Below are positions 9,008 to 19,548 of a stretch of DNA of 64,000 bases, one piece after another. The DNA lies in assembly GCA_963668645.2 (NCBI GenBank), contig CAXXWC010000003.1, forward strand, positions 64,001 to 128,000, in the 5' to 3' direction. Made by a program: the position numbers and the translations under genes. Position 1 is the first letter of the stretch. Each line of letters opens with the position of its first letter. Source of the DNA: Desulfobacterales bacterium. Its GTDB lineage: Bacteria > Desulfobacterota > Desulfobacteria > Desulfobacterales > UBA2174. Under the pieces are notes generated by a model, which was not told the origin of the DNA, did no database searches, and saw nothing but the letters and a program-made list of their open reading frames with translations.

Positions 9008-10885
9008 GTGGGATCCGACGCTTCATTATGGGCCGACGCCTACCGCCGCAAGATTGACACCGCCACCGGCGCCATCGCCCGCATCCGTCCGGGCCAGCGG
9101 GTCTTTATCGGCGCTTGCTGCGGCGAACCCCAGCACCTGGTCCAGGCCCTGTCCCAAAAAGCCAGGGGGCTCTCGGACATCGAAGTCGTACGCCTGCTCT
9201 CCCTGGAGCGGACCTCCCTGGCCCAGATCGCCGACGAAACGGACGACCGCAGCCTGAATATCCGTTCCTTTTACAGCGGATCGGCAATTCCCAAACGCAT
9301 CGCCCAGGCCATGCGCCATATCACCCCGCTCAACCTGGCCGACATCCCTCGCCTCTTTGCCGCCGGCAGGCTGCAGATCCAGGTGGCCCTGATCCAGGTC
9401 GGCCCGCCGGACGATTTCGGCTGGATGAGCCTGGGCGTATCGGTGGACATCACCCGCGCCGCCGCCCTGAGCGCGGGCCTGGTGATTGCCCAGGTCAACA
9501 CCCGGATGCCCCGGGTTCTGGGCAACAGCTTCATCCACGTCAACGACGTGGATCTTGTCGTGGAGCACGACGAACCCCTGATGACGCTGGCCGCCCCGCC
9601 GATCAGCACCGCAGCGCGCACCATCGCGCAGCACGTCGCGCGCCTGGTGGATGACGGGGCCACCATCCAGACCGGTCCGGGAGAAATTCATCATGCCGTT
9701 CTCGATGCCTTGGCAGCCAAAAACGACCTGGGGGTACACAGCCAATATCTGACCGACGCGGTGATGCACCTGGTGGCCCGGGGCGTGATCAACAACCGCT
9801 GCAAGGGCATCAACGAGGGCAAACTGGTGGCCAGCAGCGCCATCGGTTCAGATACTTTTTATGAATTTCTCGACGACAATCCGGCGGTGGAGTTTCACCC
9901 TTCGGACTATGTCAACGCCCAGCAGGTGATTGCGGCCCACCCGCGCATGGTGTCGATGAACGTTGCCATGGTGATGGACCTGACCGGCCAGGTGGCCAGC
10001 GATGCCCTGGCCCACAGCCGCTATGCGGGCGTCAACGGAATGCTCGATTTCGTGCGCGGCGCGGCCCAGGCCCGGGAGGGCAAGTCGATCCTGATGGTCA
10101 CCGCCGCCTCATCCGACGGCACCCAGAGCCGCATCGTGCCGCTGCTCCACGACACGGCCGTCGTCGTGCCGCGCACCGACGTTCACTATGTGGTCAGCGA
10201 GTACGGTGCGGTCAACCTCCACGGCAAGAGTATCCAGGAGCGGGCCATGGCCATGATCAGCATCGCCCACCCGGATTTCCGCGAAGCCCTTTTCAAGGCG
10301 GCCAAGGAAAAAGGATTTCTGGGCCGGGAGCGCAAACTGAGCGAATCGATCACCGGCATCTACCCCTTGCACCTGGAAGATTCCCTGGAGATCGAGGGCG
10401 TTCCGGTGACGCTGCGGCCGGCCAAGCCTGTAGACCTGCGCCGCATCCAGGAGCATTACTACGGGCTGGACAACGCGGACATCTACTCGCGCTTCATGCA
10501 TGCCCGATCCCATTTTTCCCGCGAGGAAATCGAGGGCAAGGCCCAGATCGACTACGTGCACAACCTGACCATGCTCGTGCTGGTGGGCGAGTTCGGTTTC
10601 GGCCAGGTGGTCGGTCTGGGGGAATACCTCTGCGGCCCGGGGAGCAACATCGCCGAGATCGCCTTTTCGGTAAGCCGTCCCTGGCAGGGCAAGGGTCTGG
10701 GCAAACGCATGCTGGCCAAGCTGGCCCAGGCGGCGCGGGAAAACGGCATCGACGGGATGACCGCCTATACCATGCCGGAAAACCGGCGCATGATCGAGCT
10801 TTTCAAGAATCTGCCGTACAAAGTCCAAACCCGCTTCGAAGACGGCGAGGTAGTGTTGTCCTGCCGCTTCGACGCCCCGGCCTGA
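9008..10885 (+). CDS. Acetyl-CoA hydrolase/CoA-transferase family domain fused to C-terminal GNAT acetyltransferase
   Basis: GWMSLGVSVD, AQVNTRMPR, DLTGQV, VHYVVSEYG motifs; C-terminal AEIAFSV...WQGKGLG acetyl-CoA binding motif. Confidence 0.88.
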   Translation: MGSDASLWADAYRRKIDTATGAIARIRPGQRVFIGACCGEPQHLVQALSQKARGLSDIEVVRLLSLERTSLAQIADETDDRSLNIRSFYSGSAIPKRIAQAMRHITPLNLADIPRLFAAGRLQIQVALIQVGPPDDFGWMSLGVSVDITRAAALSAGLVIAQVNTRMPRVLGNSFIHVNDVDLVVEHDEPLMTLAAPPISTAARTIAQHVARLVDDGATIQTGPGEIHHAVLDALAAKNDLGVHSQYLTDAVMHLVARGVINNRCKGINEGKLVASSAIGSDTFYEFLDDNPAVEFHPSDYVNAQQVIAAHPRMVSMNVAMVMDLTGQVASDALAHSRYAGVNGMLDFVRGAAQAREGKSILMVTAASSDGTQSRIVPLLHDTAVVVPRTDVHYVVSEYGAVNLHGKSIQERAMAMISIAHPDFREALFKAAKEKGFLGRERKLSESITGIYPLHLEDSLEIEGVPVTLRPAKPVDLRRIQEHYYGLDNADIYSRFMHARSHFSREEIEGKAQIDYVHNLTMLVLVGEFGFGQVVGLGEYLCGPGSNIAEIAFSVSRPWQGKGLGKRMLAKLAQAARENGIDGMTAYTMPENRRMIELFKNLPYKVQTRFEDGEVVLSCRFDAPA

Positions 10886-10904
10886 GGCGGCAGGAGGATT
10901 TTAG

Positions 10905-11402
10905 ATGTTCAGTCTCAGTGAAATCATCGATATCGCCATCCGATTCGAAAAAAACGCCGTCGCGGTCTACCGCCAGGCCATTTGCCAGGTCGACCATCCC
11001 GAAATGCGGGTCCTCCTCGAATGGATGCTGGCCGAAGAAGAAGAGCACTGCGCCTGGTTCGAGGCGCTGCGCCACAAGGTGACCGGCCCTTCTCCGAGTC
11101 CGCTTCTGCAGGCCGCCAACCGGGAAATGATCGCCGGGATGATCGGGGCCCAAAGTTTTTCCCTCAAACAGGTCGACTTCGCTTCCCTGACCGGGCTCGG
11201 AGACCTCATCGACGTGATGGTGGAATTCGAAAAGGACACGATTCTCTTTTACGATTTGCTCGCATCGTTTATCCCCGAGCCTGAAACGCGCGCCCAGCTT
11301 CAACAGATAGTGGACGAGGAAAAGACCCATATTACCCGCCTGGAGGCCCAGCGGCCGGCATCGAAAAGCGTCCGGAAGTCGCACTTCCAATCCCAAGAGT
11401 AA
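10905..11402 (+). CDS. Ferritin-like / rubrerythrin family protein
   Basis: AIRFEK...EEEEH and EFEKD...EEKTH diiron-type motifs; RBS AGGAGG. Confidence 0.85.
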   Translation: MFSLSEIIDIAIRFEKNAVAVYRQAICQVDHPEMRVLLEWMLAEEEEHCAWFEALRHKVTGPSPSPLLQAANREMIAGMIGAQSFSLKQVDFASLTGLGDLIDVMVEFEKDTILFYDLLASFIPEPETRAQLQQIVDEEKTHITRLEAQRPASKSVRKSHFQSQE

Positions 11403-11591
11403 CAGTCCCCTCCTCCCCTGCCCCGACCGAATCCCACATAAACACCTGAGATATCAGAATATCAGCCTTTACCGGGACGGCTCCGCCCATCTTTCAAGGC
11501 GGAACCGCCGATTCCGCGGATAAATTCGCAGACGGCCGGGCATGGTGCCGCAAAAACCGTTAATCCTTTAAATTCTACAGGTTGAATAGAA

Positions 11592-11607
11592 TGGCACGGC
11601 TTTTGAT
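11592..11607 (+). promoter_or_regulatory. Possible sigma-54 promoter upstream of the YkgJ-family gene
   Basis: TGGCACGGCTTTTGAT matches -24 TGGCACG with correct spacing to TTG; -12 position is A instead of C. Confidence 0.4.
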
Positions 11608-11664
11608 AAACCAAGCCGGCTGCCAATGGCAGGACCGATACCGACAACCGATTCAAGGTTCACG

Positions 11665-12264
11665 ATGATTACCGCACTGATCGACGAGATTCAGACCCTC
11701 TATGGAGAGATCGACCGCCAGGTGGCCACCTTTCAACTCGCCAGCGGTCTGCGCTGCCGCAACGGCTGCGGCCAATGTTGTCCGGGGGCTCCGGTACAGG
11801 CCACGGTAGTGGAGATGCTCCCGGCCGCCGCGGCCCTGGTCCGGGCCGACCTGGCCGGCCGGTGGCTCGAAAGACTGGCCGCGGCCCCCGATACCTGCGT
11901 CGGGTACTCCATCGCGGCGGTGTCCGAACAGGGAGGGCACTGCCTTCTTTATGCCTATCGTCCCTCTGTCTGCCGGCTCTTCGGATTCGCCGCAAGGCGC
12001 AGCCGGTTGGGGCAGTTGGAGCTGTCGGTCTGCCGGACGATCAGGGAAGATCTGCCCGAAGCGGTGAACCGTGCCGCCGCTCTGCTGGCCGAGGGTTGGC
12101 TGAGCCCCTCCCTCACGGCGCACCAGGCCCGGATCTTCGGTCTCGACCCGGGTGGGCGCCTGATGCCGATCAACCAGGCCTTGGGCATCGCCCTGCAACG
12201 CTGTGGCCTGGCCGCGACCCTGGACAGGCTGCCGGCCCCGGCGGATCTGCCCCGGGCCGGATGA
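11665..12264 (+). CDS. YkgJ family cysteine-cluster (CxxxCxxCC) protein
   Basis: CRNGCGQCC and CLLYAYRPSVCRLFG motifs. Confidence 0.8.
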   Translation: MITALIDEIQTLYGEIDRQVATFQLASGLRCRNGCGQCCPGAPVQATVVEMLPAAAALVRADLAGRWLERLAAAPDTCVGYSIAAVSEQGGHCLLYAYRPSVCRLFGFAARRSRLGQLELSVCRTIREDLPEAVNRAAALLAEGWLSPSLTAHQARIFGLDPGGRLMPINQALGIALQRCGLAATLDRLPAPADLPRAG

Positions 12265-12378
12265 GGCCGATCTGAGTTTTTACAGACTGATTTGATTACA
12301 GGAAAACGGCAGGGGCGTGGCGTTGTCTGGGGGCCGGATTGCGGCCGCACCGGAATGCTTGCCTGAACCCCAGAACCG

Positions 12379-13332
12379 TCAATACGGCGGCCCGCAAAGG
12401 GGCGTCTGCCCTCGGACGGCGGGTGTTTCCGCGGCCCGGTAGGCACGCGCGACAAGATCGGGGCGGACCGACCGGAAAAGACCGCTGCTCGTGCCGAAGA
12501 TGAAACCGCAACCATCTCCGGCGGCCGCAACCACCTCTTTCACCTTGGCCTCGACTGCACCCGGCTCCAGATTTTCAGTCACAAAGACCGGATCGAGGTT
12601 GCCCCATAGGCAGAGCCGGGGCCCGTGATCCTGCCTGACCCGCGCCAAGTCCATACCGGCGGCCTCCTCGATGCATTGGAGCCCGTCGAACCCGGCGGCC
12701 ACGACATCCCCAAGGGCCTGGTTGAGGTTGCCGTCCGAATGGAAAAAGGCACGCAAGCCGAAGGCGTGGAAGCGCTGCACCTGCCGCGCGATGGCAGGGA
12801 AAAAATCGCGGCGCAGCATCTGCGGCGAAATGATCAGTCCGTTATTGTAGGCGATGTCGTCGGCCAGCACCACCCCGGCCGCTCCGCGGGCGGCCACCCT
12901 CTGCGCGAGAGTGGTGTTGAGGGCCTCGACCTGCCGGTTGAGCGTGGCGATGGCCGGATCCTTCTTGGCCACCTTGAGCACGAACTGCTCAAACCCCCAG
13001 CATCGCACCCCCCAGCCAAAGGCGCCATCGACGAGGACAAAGACGAAAAAATCGGTCTCCCGGCTCCAGCGATCGATATCGGCAAAACCGACCTGGTCCG
13101 CATCGGGCAACCGGTCGAACCGGCACGGTTCCGGGTATTGGGCCGCAAGGCAGATCAGGTCCATCCCCAGGTCCTCGGCAAACTGCCGGCGGTGGTGATG
13201 TTCTGTAACATCGATACCAAGCCATGCGCCAACGACCCGATCGTCGATGCACAGTTCCCCCTTGGGCACCCGGTCCAGCGGCTGGTGATCGATGGCCCGC
13301 AGGACCCGTCCTTTGCGACTGAGATGATTCAT
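12379..13332 (-). CDS. Uroporphyrinogen decarboxylase / MtaA-CmuA-like family protein
   Basis: RVLRAI..DRVP, ADDIAY..GLIISP, FFHSDGN, CLWGNLD, GFIFGTS motifs. Confidence 0.8.
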   Translation of the reverse strand: MNHLSRKGRVLRAIDHQPLDRVPKGELCIDDRVVGAWLGIDVTEHHHRRQFAEDLGMDLICLAAQYPEPCRFDRLPDADQVGFADIDRWSRETDFFVFVLVDGAFGWGVRCWGFEQFVLKVAKKDPAIATLNRQVEALNTTLAQRVAARGAAGVVLADDIAYNNGLIISPQMLRRDFFPAIARQVQRFHAFGLRAFFHSDGNLNQALGDVVAAGFDGLQCIEEAAGMDLARVRQDHGPRLCLWGNLDPVFVTENLEPGAVEAKVKEVVAAAGDGCGFIFGTSSGLFRSVRPDLVARAYRAAETPAVRGQTPLCGPPY

Positions 13333-13348
13333 CCGCTTGCCTGAACTT

Positions 13349-14485
13349 CTATCGATTAACCGGCAAAAAGATATCGGTCCCGCCGGCCACGCGGCCGATC
13401 AGATCCTGGTAAATGCGCGCCGCTTGACAAACCTGATCGAAAGAAACGGCCTCGTCGGCCGTGTGGGCCGCCTCGAGTTGACCGGGGCCCAGCACGATGG
13501 GACGCATACCTGCGCCCCAGAGCCGATTGGCATCCGAGTGGCTGATGAAGGCCCCGGGGTGCCAGGCCAGCCCCTGCCGGGCATAGACCGATTGCAAAGA
13601 CTCCACCAGCGGGCCCTTGGCCGGCAGACTGTAGCCGGCGTCAATGGTTGCCGTGCGAAAACGCACCTCAACCGTCTCTGCTCCGGTGCCGGTGCAGTCG
13701 GCGCAGACCGCTTCGAGTTCGGCCAGCAGTTCCCCCACCGGCGCCGCCGGCGGCAGGTGCAGATCGAACCAGGCCTCGCATTGCTCCGCCACGGCGAACC
13801 CGGCCCGGGTGCTGAAAAGATCGCGAATGTTGTAGGTCACTTCGGGGTGAACCGCGGCCATGTGTTGGGTCAGTGCCAGCATGCGCTGCAAAAGCACCTC
13901 CACCGCCCCGGGATCGCGGCCGGCCAGCGAGGCGTGGCGCCGCGGACCGCGGCTGGTCAGCTGAACCTCGACGTACCCGTAGCACTCCAGGCAGGGCACC
14001 AGATCGGTGGGTTCGCCCACCACGGCCCAGGGAAAATGGAAACTCTTGACCAGCCGTTCGGCTCCGTCCCCGGTTTCTTCCTCTCCCACCACGAGGCAGA
14101 GGGCCACCGGGGCCCGGGCTCCGGCCCCCTTTTCCCACAGCCCCAGAAAGGCTTCCACCATGGCGGCGCAGCCGCCCTTCATATCCGCGGCTCCCAGGCC
14201 CTGGATCCGGTCTCCTTGCTGGCTGACGCCGAAGCGCTCCAGGTCGTAGGCCGTGACCGTGTCCAGATGGCCGACCAGGGCCAACTGGACTTCGGCGTCC
14301 GGGGGCAGGACGAGCAGGTTGTAGCGGTATTCGTCGACGGCCTGGACCGTGACCGGTAGCCCTCGCCGGCGCAGATCCGCGCGCACGAATTCGAGCACCT
14401 CGCGCTCCTTGCCCGAGGGGCTGTAAATATCGATCAGGCGGTAGAGGAAGCGATGCAGCCGCTCGGTCTGGATCGAATCACCCAT
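13349..14485 (-). CDS. M20 family metallopeptidase / ArgE-DapE-like deacylase
   Basis: SPSGKE, GHLDTV, GLGAADMKGG, GEEE, VGEPT, AHTADE metal-binding motifs. Confidence 0.88.
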   Translation of the reverse strand: MGDSIQTERLHRFLYRLIDIYSPSGKEREVLEFVRADLRRRGLPVTVQAVDEYRYNLLVLPPDAEVQLALVGHLDTVTAYDLERFGVSQQGDRIQGLGAADMKGGCAAMVEAFLGLWEKGAGARAPVALCLVVGEEETGDGAERLVKSFHFPWAVVGEPTDLVPCLECYGYVEVQLTSRGPRRHASLAGRDPGAVEVLLQRMLALTQHMAAVHPEVTYNIRDLFSTRAGFAVAEQCEAWFDLHLPPAAPVGELLAELEAVCADCTGTGAETVEVRFRTATIDAGYSLPAKGPLVESLQSVYARQGLAWHPGAFISHSDANRLWGAGMRPIVLGPGQLEAAHTADEAVSFDQVCQAARIYQDLIGRVAGGTDIFLPVNR

Positions 14486-14491
14486 GACGCG

Positions 14492-15019
14492 TCATTTGCC
14501 GCCGTTTTTCTTTTTCTGGCGCCGCTGCCGTTCGGCGACCAGGTTCATGGTCAGATAGGTGTGCTGCTGCGGATGACCGAAACCCATCTTGCGGAAAAAA
14601 CTCAGGGCGGGTCTATAGCCGGCCTGGGTGTCGGCCATGAGCATGCGCGCCCCGTTTTCCAGAGCCAGTTCCTTGAAGCGCCGGAACAGTTTTTCGGCCA
14701 CGCCCTGCTTTTGGTATTCAGGGGCCACCCCCAGCCAGATGAGGTAACCGTATTTCCAGGCCGAATGGGTCTTGGCGATCAGATCGCCCAGGGCAAAGCC
14801 CGCGATATGGCCCCCGCTCTCGGCGACCAAACAAAAGTCGCCGCTGCTCTGGAAAAGCCCCACCACCTCGTACGATTCCCAAGTCCTATAAAGGTTGGGC
14901 GTCTCTTCGGCCTTGAAGAGCGACTCGCCCAGATGAAACACCGGGGCCAGGTCGTCGATATCCATCTCCCGGATCTTGATCGTGCCGTTTTTCTCGGACG
15001 GCTTGCCTTGACTGTCCAA
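14492..15019 (-). CDS. GNAT family N-acetyltransferase
   Basis: IREMDIDDL start; LGVAPEYQKQGVA motif A; FFRKMGF. Confidence 0.85.
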   Translation of the reverse strand: MDSQGKPSEKNGTIKIREMDIDDLAPVFHLGESLFKAEETPNLYRTWESYEVVGLFQSSGDFCLVAESGGHIAGFALGDLIAKTHSAWKYGYLIWLGVAPEYQKQGVAEKLFRRFKELALENGARMLMADTQAGYRPALSFFRKMGFGHPQQHTYLTMNLVAERQRRQKKKNGGK

Positions 15020-15397
15020 AAATCACCTTTTCAGTTACAGATTAACTCCATCATCGCCTCCCGCTGCATCCTGCGAGAAATTGTGCCCAGATATTAAGCG
15101 TCCTTGATGGTCCTTTCAAGGGCCAACCGCCGTCTTCGCCAAAACGACCGCTCCCGGGATCCGGCGCAGCGCGCAGCGTCAAGGGCCCGGAAACGAAGCC
15201 CTGGACGATGAGGCCGAACTTTTCCGCATCGAAGAACGCAACGCCGAATCGCGTCCCGATTATCGATATCGAACCCGACTCCGGCAAGCCGGGGTGATAA
15301 TAGCGAAAGAGCTATCACGCCCTCCACGACTGTGATAGAAGCTTGCACCGCCAACGGAGACTCAACCTTGCCAAAAATATGAAGGGGGCGGTTGAAA

Positions 15398-15958
15398 ATG
15401 GACCCGTCGACTCTGATGCTCGGACTGCTGATCTTCGTATCCCGTGTGGTGGATGTCTCGCTGGGGACCATCCGCACCATCTCCATTGTTCAGGGCAAGA
15501 CCCTGGTGGCCTTCGTCCTGGGCTTCATGGAGGTGTTCATCTGGATCAGCATCGTGAGCGCCGTGGTCAACCGCGTCGCTCAAACCCCGATCCTGGTGCT
15601 CTTTTATGCCCTGGGATTCGCCACGGGCAACGTGGTGGGCATCGAAGTGGAAAAACGGCTCGGCTTCGGTGCGATTATCCTGCGGGTGATGTCCCGTCCC
15701 AAGGGGATTCAGATCGCGGCCAGGCTGCGCAGCCTGGGGCAACCGGTCACAGTCTTCAAGGGTGAAGGGATGCACGGGGAACTTCCCCATCTCTATGTGG
15801 CTTGCCGCCGGCGCGACCTGCGCTGGATCCTGCCCATCGTCAAGGAAGAGGATCCCGATGCCTTTTACATCACCGAGCAAGCCCGGGACGTGAGCAAGAT
15901 CCTCAGGCCCTTTGCCTCTCCGGTGACCGGGTGGCGCTCGCGGTTCGGCGGCAAGTAG
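15398..15958 (+). CDS. DUF2179/UPF0316 family membrane protein
   Basis: IFVSRVVDVSLGTIRTI...LGFMEVFIW...YALGFATGNVVGI family pattern. Confidence 0.8.
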   Translation: MDPSTLMLGLLIFVSRVVDVSLGTIRTISIVQGKTLVAFVLGFMEVFIWISIVSAVVNRVAQTPILVLFYALGFATGNVVGIEVEKRLGFGAIILRVMSRPKGIQIAARLRSLGQPVTVFKGEGMHGELPHLYVACRRRDLRWILPIVKEEDPDAFYITEQARDVSKILRPFASPVTGWRSRFGGK

Positions 15959-15992
15959 CACTAACGGCTGGCGCCATTTGAAATTTCAATTC

Positions 15993-18465
15993 TCAAATTT
16001 GAGATGCGGCAGCACCCCGCCTTTTTGCCCGATCGGTCGGCCGGGCCGCCAGCGGATCTTCGGGCCAGGGATGTTTGGGGTAGCGGCCGCGCAGGGCCTT
16101 GCGCACCTCGGGATAGCTGGTGCTCCAAAATCCGGCCAGATCCTGGGTGATCTGAACGGGCCGGCCGGCCGGTGAAAGCAGGTGTATGAGCACGGGCTGC
16201 CGGCCGTCGGCCACGGCGGGCGTTTCATGGCAGCCGAACATCTGCTGGACCCGGGCGGCCAGGACCGGCACTGGGCCGCTGTAATCCAGGGGCAGGCGCG
16301 CCCCACTGGGAACGACCAGGTGGGTCGGTGCGAGCCTGTCGAGCAGGTGCTGCCGGTGCCTGTCCAGGCAGCCTTTGAGGGCCGCATCCAGATCGATCTG
16401 TCCAACGGATCGGACCCCTGCCAGATAAGGCTCAAGCCAACTCTCCAGATTGGCGGCCAGGGTCTCGTCGCTCAGGTCCGGCCACCCGTCTTGCGGCAAA
16501 GCGCGGTGCACAAACGCCACCCGCTGTCGCCATCCTCTTAGCGCTCCGGTCCAGGGCAGACGTTTGATCCCCAAACGCCGGATCCCCTCGCACAAGGCGG
16601 CCGCCACCTGCTGCGGATCCGGCCTGGCCGCAGGCTCCCGATGCAGGATCAAGGCTCCGAAGCGGATCTCGCGGTGCGCCGCCACCATCTGCCGGGCCTG
16701 ATCCCAGGCTACCGTCTCTATCATCTCACACTGATCGCCGAACTGATTTTCTAGACTCTCGCGGTCATAACCGGCCGCCATGAAGATCCGCCCCCGGGGC
16801 CGTTCACCATCCATTTCGGCAATGACCAGGTAAGGGCTTCCGGCCAGATGATCCCGGCCGTCGCAGACTGCCTCGCGGCCGTTGGCCAGCACAAACCGGC
16901 CCCGAGAGCCGTCGCGCAATTTTGCGATGCGGTCCGGATAGGCCCGGGCGAGCAGGGCGCCGGCTGAAAAATCGCTGCTCGCCTTTGCCGGGACCTTGAG
17001 GCGCCGTGCAAAAAAACGCGCCAGCCGCTGCAAACGCCCGCCGGCCATGTCTTGACCGGCGGCGGCCATTTCGATCCGATCATGGATGTCGATGTTCGCC
17101 GGCCCCGGCATGGACCGCAGCGGATCAGGCTCGCTCAAGACCGCGGCCAAAAGGCAGGCGGCCCACCCTTCTCCCTGTTCCCGGGCGCAAAGAAGCATGT
17201 GGGCCAGGCGCGGATGCACCCCGAGCCGGGCCATGGCCCGGCCGTGGGCGGTGATCCGGCCGCCGGCGTCCAGGGCTCCGAGACGGTCCAGCAGACGGCG
17301 CGCGGCTTCGAAGGGCGCCTCGGGGGGCGCATCGAGCCAGGCCAGGCTCCGCGGGTCGGTTGTGCCCCAGCAGGCCAGCTCGAGTGCCAGTGCGGCCAGA
17401 TCGGTCTCCAGGATCTCGGCCCTTCTGCTTTCAACAAGCCCCCCATTTTCGTGGGCGGACCAGAGGCGATGGCAAACGCCCGGGGCCGTACGGCCGGCCC
17501 GGCCCCGCCGCTGGTCGGCGGTATCGCGGGACACCGGGAGGGTGACCAGGCGGGTCATGCCGCTGGAGGGATCGAAGCGCGGCCGCCGTTCCAGTCCGCT
17601 GTCGATCACCACCCGGATCCCCTCGATGGTCAGGCTGGTTTCGGCGATGGCCGTGGCCAGCACGATCTTGCGCCGGCCGGCCGGCGGCGGGGGAAACGGC
17701 CAGATCCTGGGCGTGGGGGTTGAGAATTCCGCAAAGAGGCGCCACGATCCACTCAGACCCCAGCCCGAAGCGATCGAGCCAGGCCGCGGTGCGCCGGATC
17801 TCGGCGGCCCCGGGTAAAAACACGAGGATACTCCCCTCTTCCTCCAGCGCCGCGCGGGCCACGGCCCGGCCCACCGACTCTTCGAGGGGGAGGCGACGGT
17901 CCGTCGGCCGATAGCACGTTTCCACGCTGAAACGGCGCCCTGCGGCCCGGATCACCGGGACATTGCCCAGCAGGGCGGCCACCGGTTCGGCGGCCAGGGT
18001 GGCGCTCATCACCAGCAGGCGCAGATCCGGGTTCAGTACCTGCTGAATCTCGCGGCACAGGGCCAGTCCCAGATCCGATTCGAGGTGGCGTTCGTGGAAC
18101 TCGTCGAAGATGACCAACCCCACATCTTCCAGGCCCGGATCCTGCTGAAGCCTGCCGGTGAGCACCCCTTCCGTGACCACTTCGATGCGGGTCGAGGCGC
18201 CGACCCGCCGTTCCAGACGCACCGCATAGCCCACCGTCCTGCCGACAGGCTCGCCGAGCAGATCCGCCATGCGCCGCGCGGCCATACGTGCCGCCAGACG
18301 CCTCGGCTCCAGCATCAGGATGCGCCGCCGGGCGAGCCAGGCGGCATCGGCCAGCCCCAGGGGAACAAGGGTGGTCTTGCCGGCCCCGGGCGGCGCCTGC
18401 AGCACCGCAGCCCCCTTTTGATTCAAGGCCGCCGATAGCTTCCCCATGACGGTTGCCACCGGCAT
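15993..18465 (-). pseudogene. hrpB: ATP-dependent RNA helicase HrpB, split by a +1 frameshift (possibly sequencing error)
   Basis: N-part has APPGAGKTT, EPRRLAAR, DEFHER, MSAT; C-part has LATAIAETSLTI, QRRGRAGR, GRYPKHPWP. Removing one G from G5 at 17689-17693 joins them as VSPPPAGRRKIVLAT. Confidence 0.88.
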
Positions 18466-18602
18466 GGTGTCCAAGGCCTCTTGAACCTGCCCGGTTGGCA
18501 GGCAATTGCAGGATGTGAATCCTTTTGACTTTTCGCCGATCATTTCTTACACAGAATCAGATTGATAATCGATCTCATGAACCTGCTTAAAGGAGAAGAT
18601 CA

Positions 18603-19415
18603 ATGGCCGAATGGCTGACCAGCGCCCAGCAACTCATATTTCAATACGGTCTTCAGATCCTATATGCCGTCATTGTACTCATCATCGGCCGCTGGGCCGC
18701 CAAATTCGTCAGGCGCATCATCGAGCGTTTGATGGAAAAGGGTGGCCTGGATCCCACCATCGTCAAATTCACGGGCAATCTGAGCTATATCGCCTTGCTG
18801 GCCTTCGCCGTTTTGGCCGCCTTGAACCAGCTCGGGATCCAGACCACCTCCTTCGTGGCCCTGCTCGGCGCCGCCGGCCTGGCCATCGGTCTGGCCTTGC
18901 AGGGATCCTTGTCCAACTTCGCCGCCGGATTTCTCATGATCCTCTTTCGCCCTTTCAAGGTGGGCGACTACATCGAGGCCGGCGGCACGGCCGGCACGGT
19001 GGAAGAGATCCAGATTTTCACCACCACCATGAAAACCCCGGACAACAAGATCGTCATCGTGCCCAACAGCAAACTGACGGCCGACAACATCATCAACTGG
19101 TCTACCCGGGGGACCCGCCGGGTGGATATGGTCTTCGGAATCGGATACGGGGATGATATCGACAAGGCAAGGTCCGTAATTCTGTCGATCATCGAAGCCG
19201 ATCCCCGGGTGCTCAAGGATCCGCCCCCCCAGGTGGCCCTCTGGCAACTGGGGGAAAGCAGCGTCGATTTCGTGGTCCGCCCCTGGGTCAAGTCCGGCGA
19301 TTACTGGAACGTCTGGTTCGAGACCACCGAGAAGGTCAAGAAAGCCTTTGACGCCGAAGGGATCAGCATCCCCTTCCCCCAGCGCGACGTGCATGTCTAC
19401 CAGCACGACGATTGA
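18603..19415 (+). CDS. mscS: Small-conductance mechanosensitive channel
   Basis: LGAAGLAIGLALQGSLSNFAAG, RPFKVGD, GISIPFPQRDVH; RBS AAGGAG. Confidence 0.93.
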   Translation: MAEWLTSAQQLIFQYGLQILYAVIVLIIGRWAAKFVRRIIERLMEKGGLDPTIVKFTGNLSYIALLAFAVLAALNQLGIQTTSFVALLGAAGLAIGLALQGSLSNFAAGFLMILFRPFKVGDYIEAGGTAGTVEEIQIFTTTMKTPDNKIVIVPNSKLTADNIINWSTRGTRRVDMVFGIGYGDDIDKARSVILSIIEADPRVLKDPPPQVALWQLGESSVDFVVRPWVKSGDYWNVWFETTEKVKKAFDAEGISIPFPQRDVHVYQHDD

Positions 19416-19548
19416 AAAGTCCCTGATTCGACTCTCGATGTTGGCGGCCAATAACCGGCATGCAGCGCGGCCAGATGAAACATGCCGTTGTGTGGCGTTA
19501 CGGCATGCACCGGAAACCGAGTTGTGCGCTGTTGGGCACCCGCCAGGC

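Noticed and set aside
15090..15340. Possible gene remnant or structured RNA between the GNAT and DUF2179 genes
   Set aside because: Only a short coding-looking stretch without a clear start and one imperfect hairpin near 15291-15322; not enough support.
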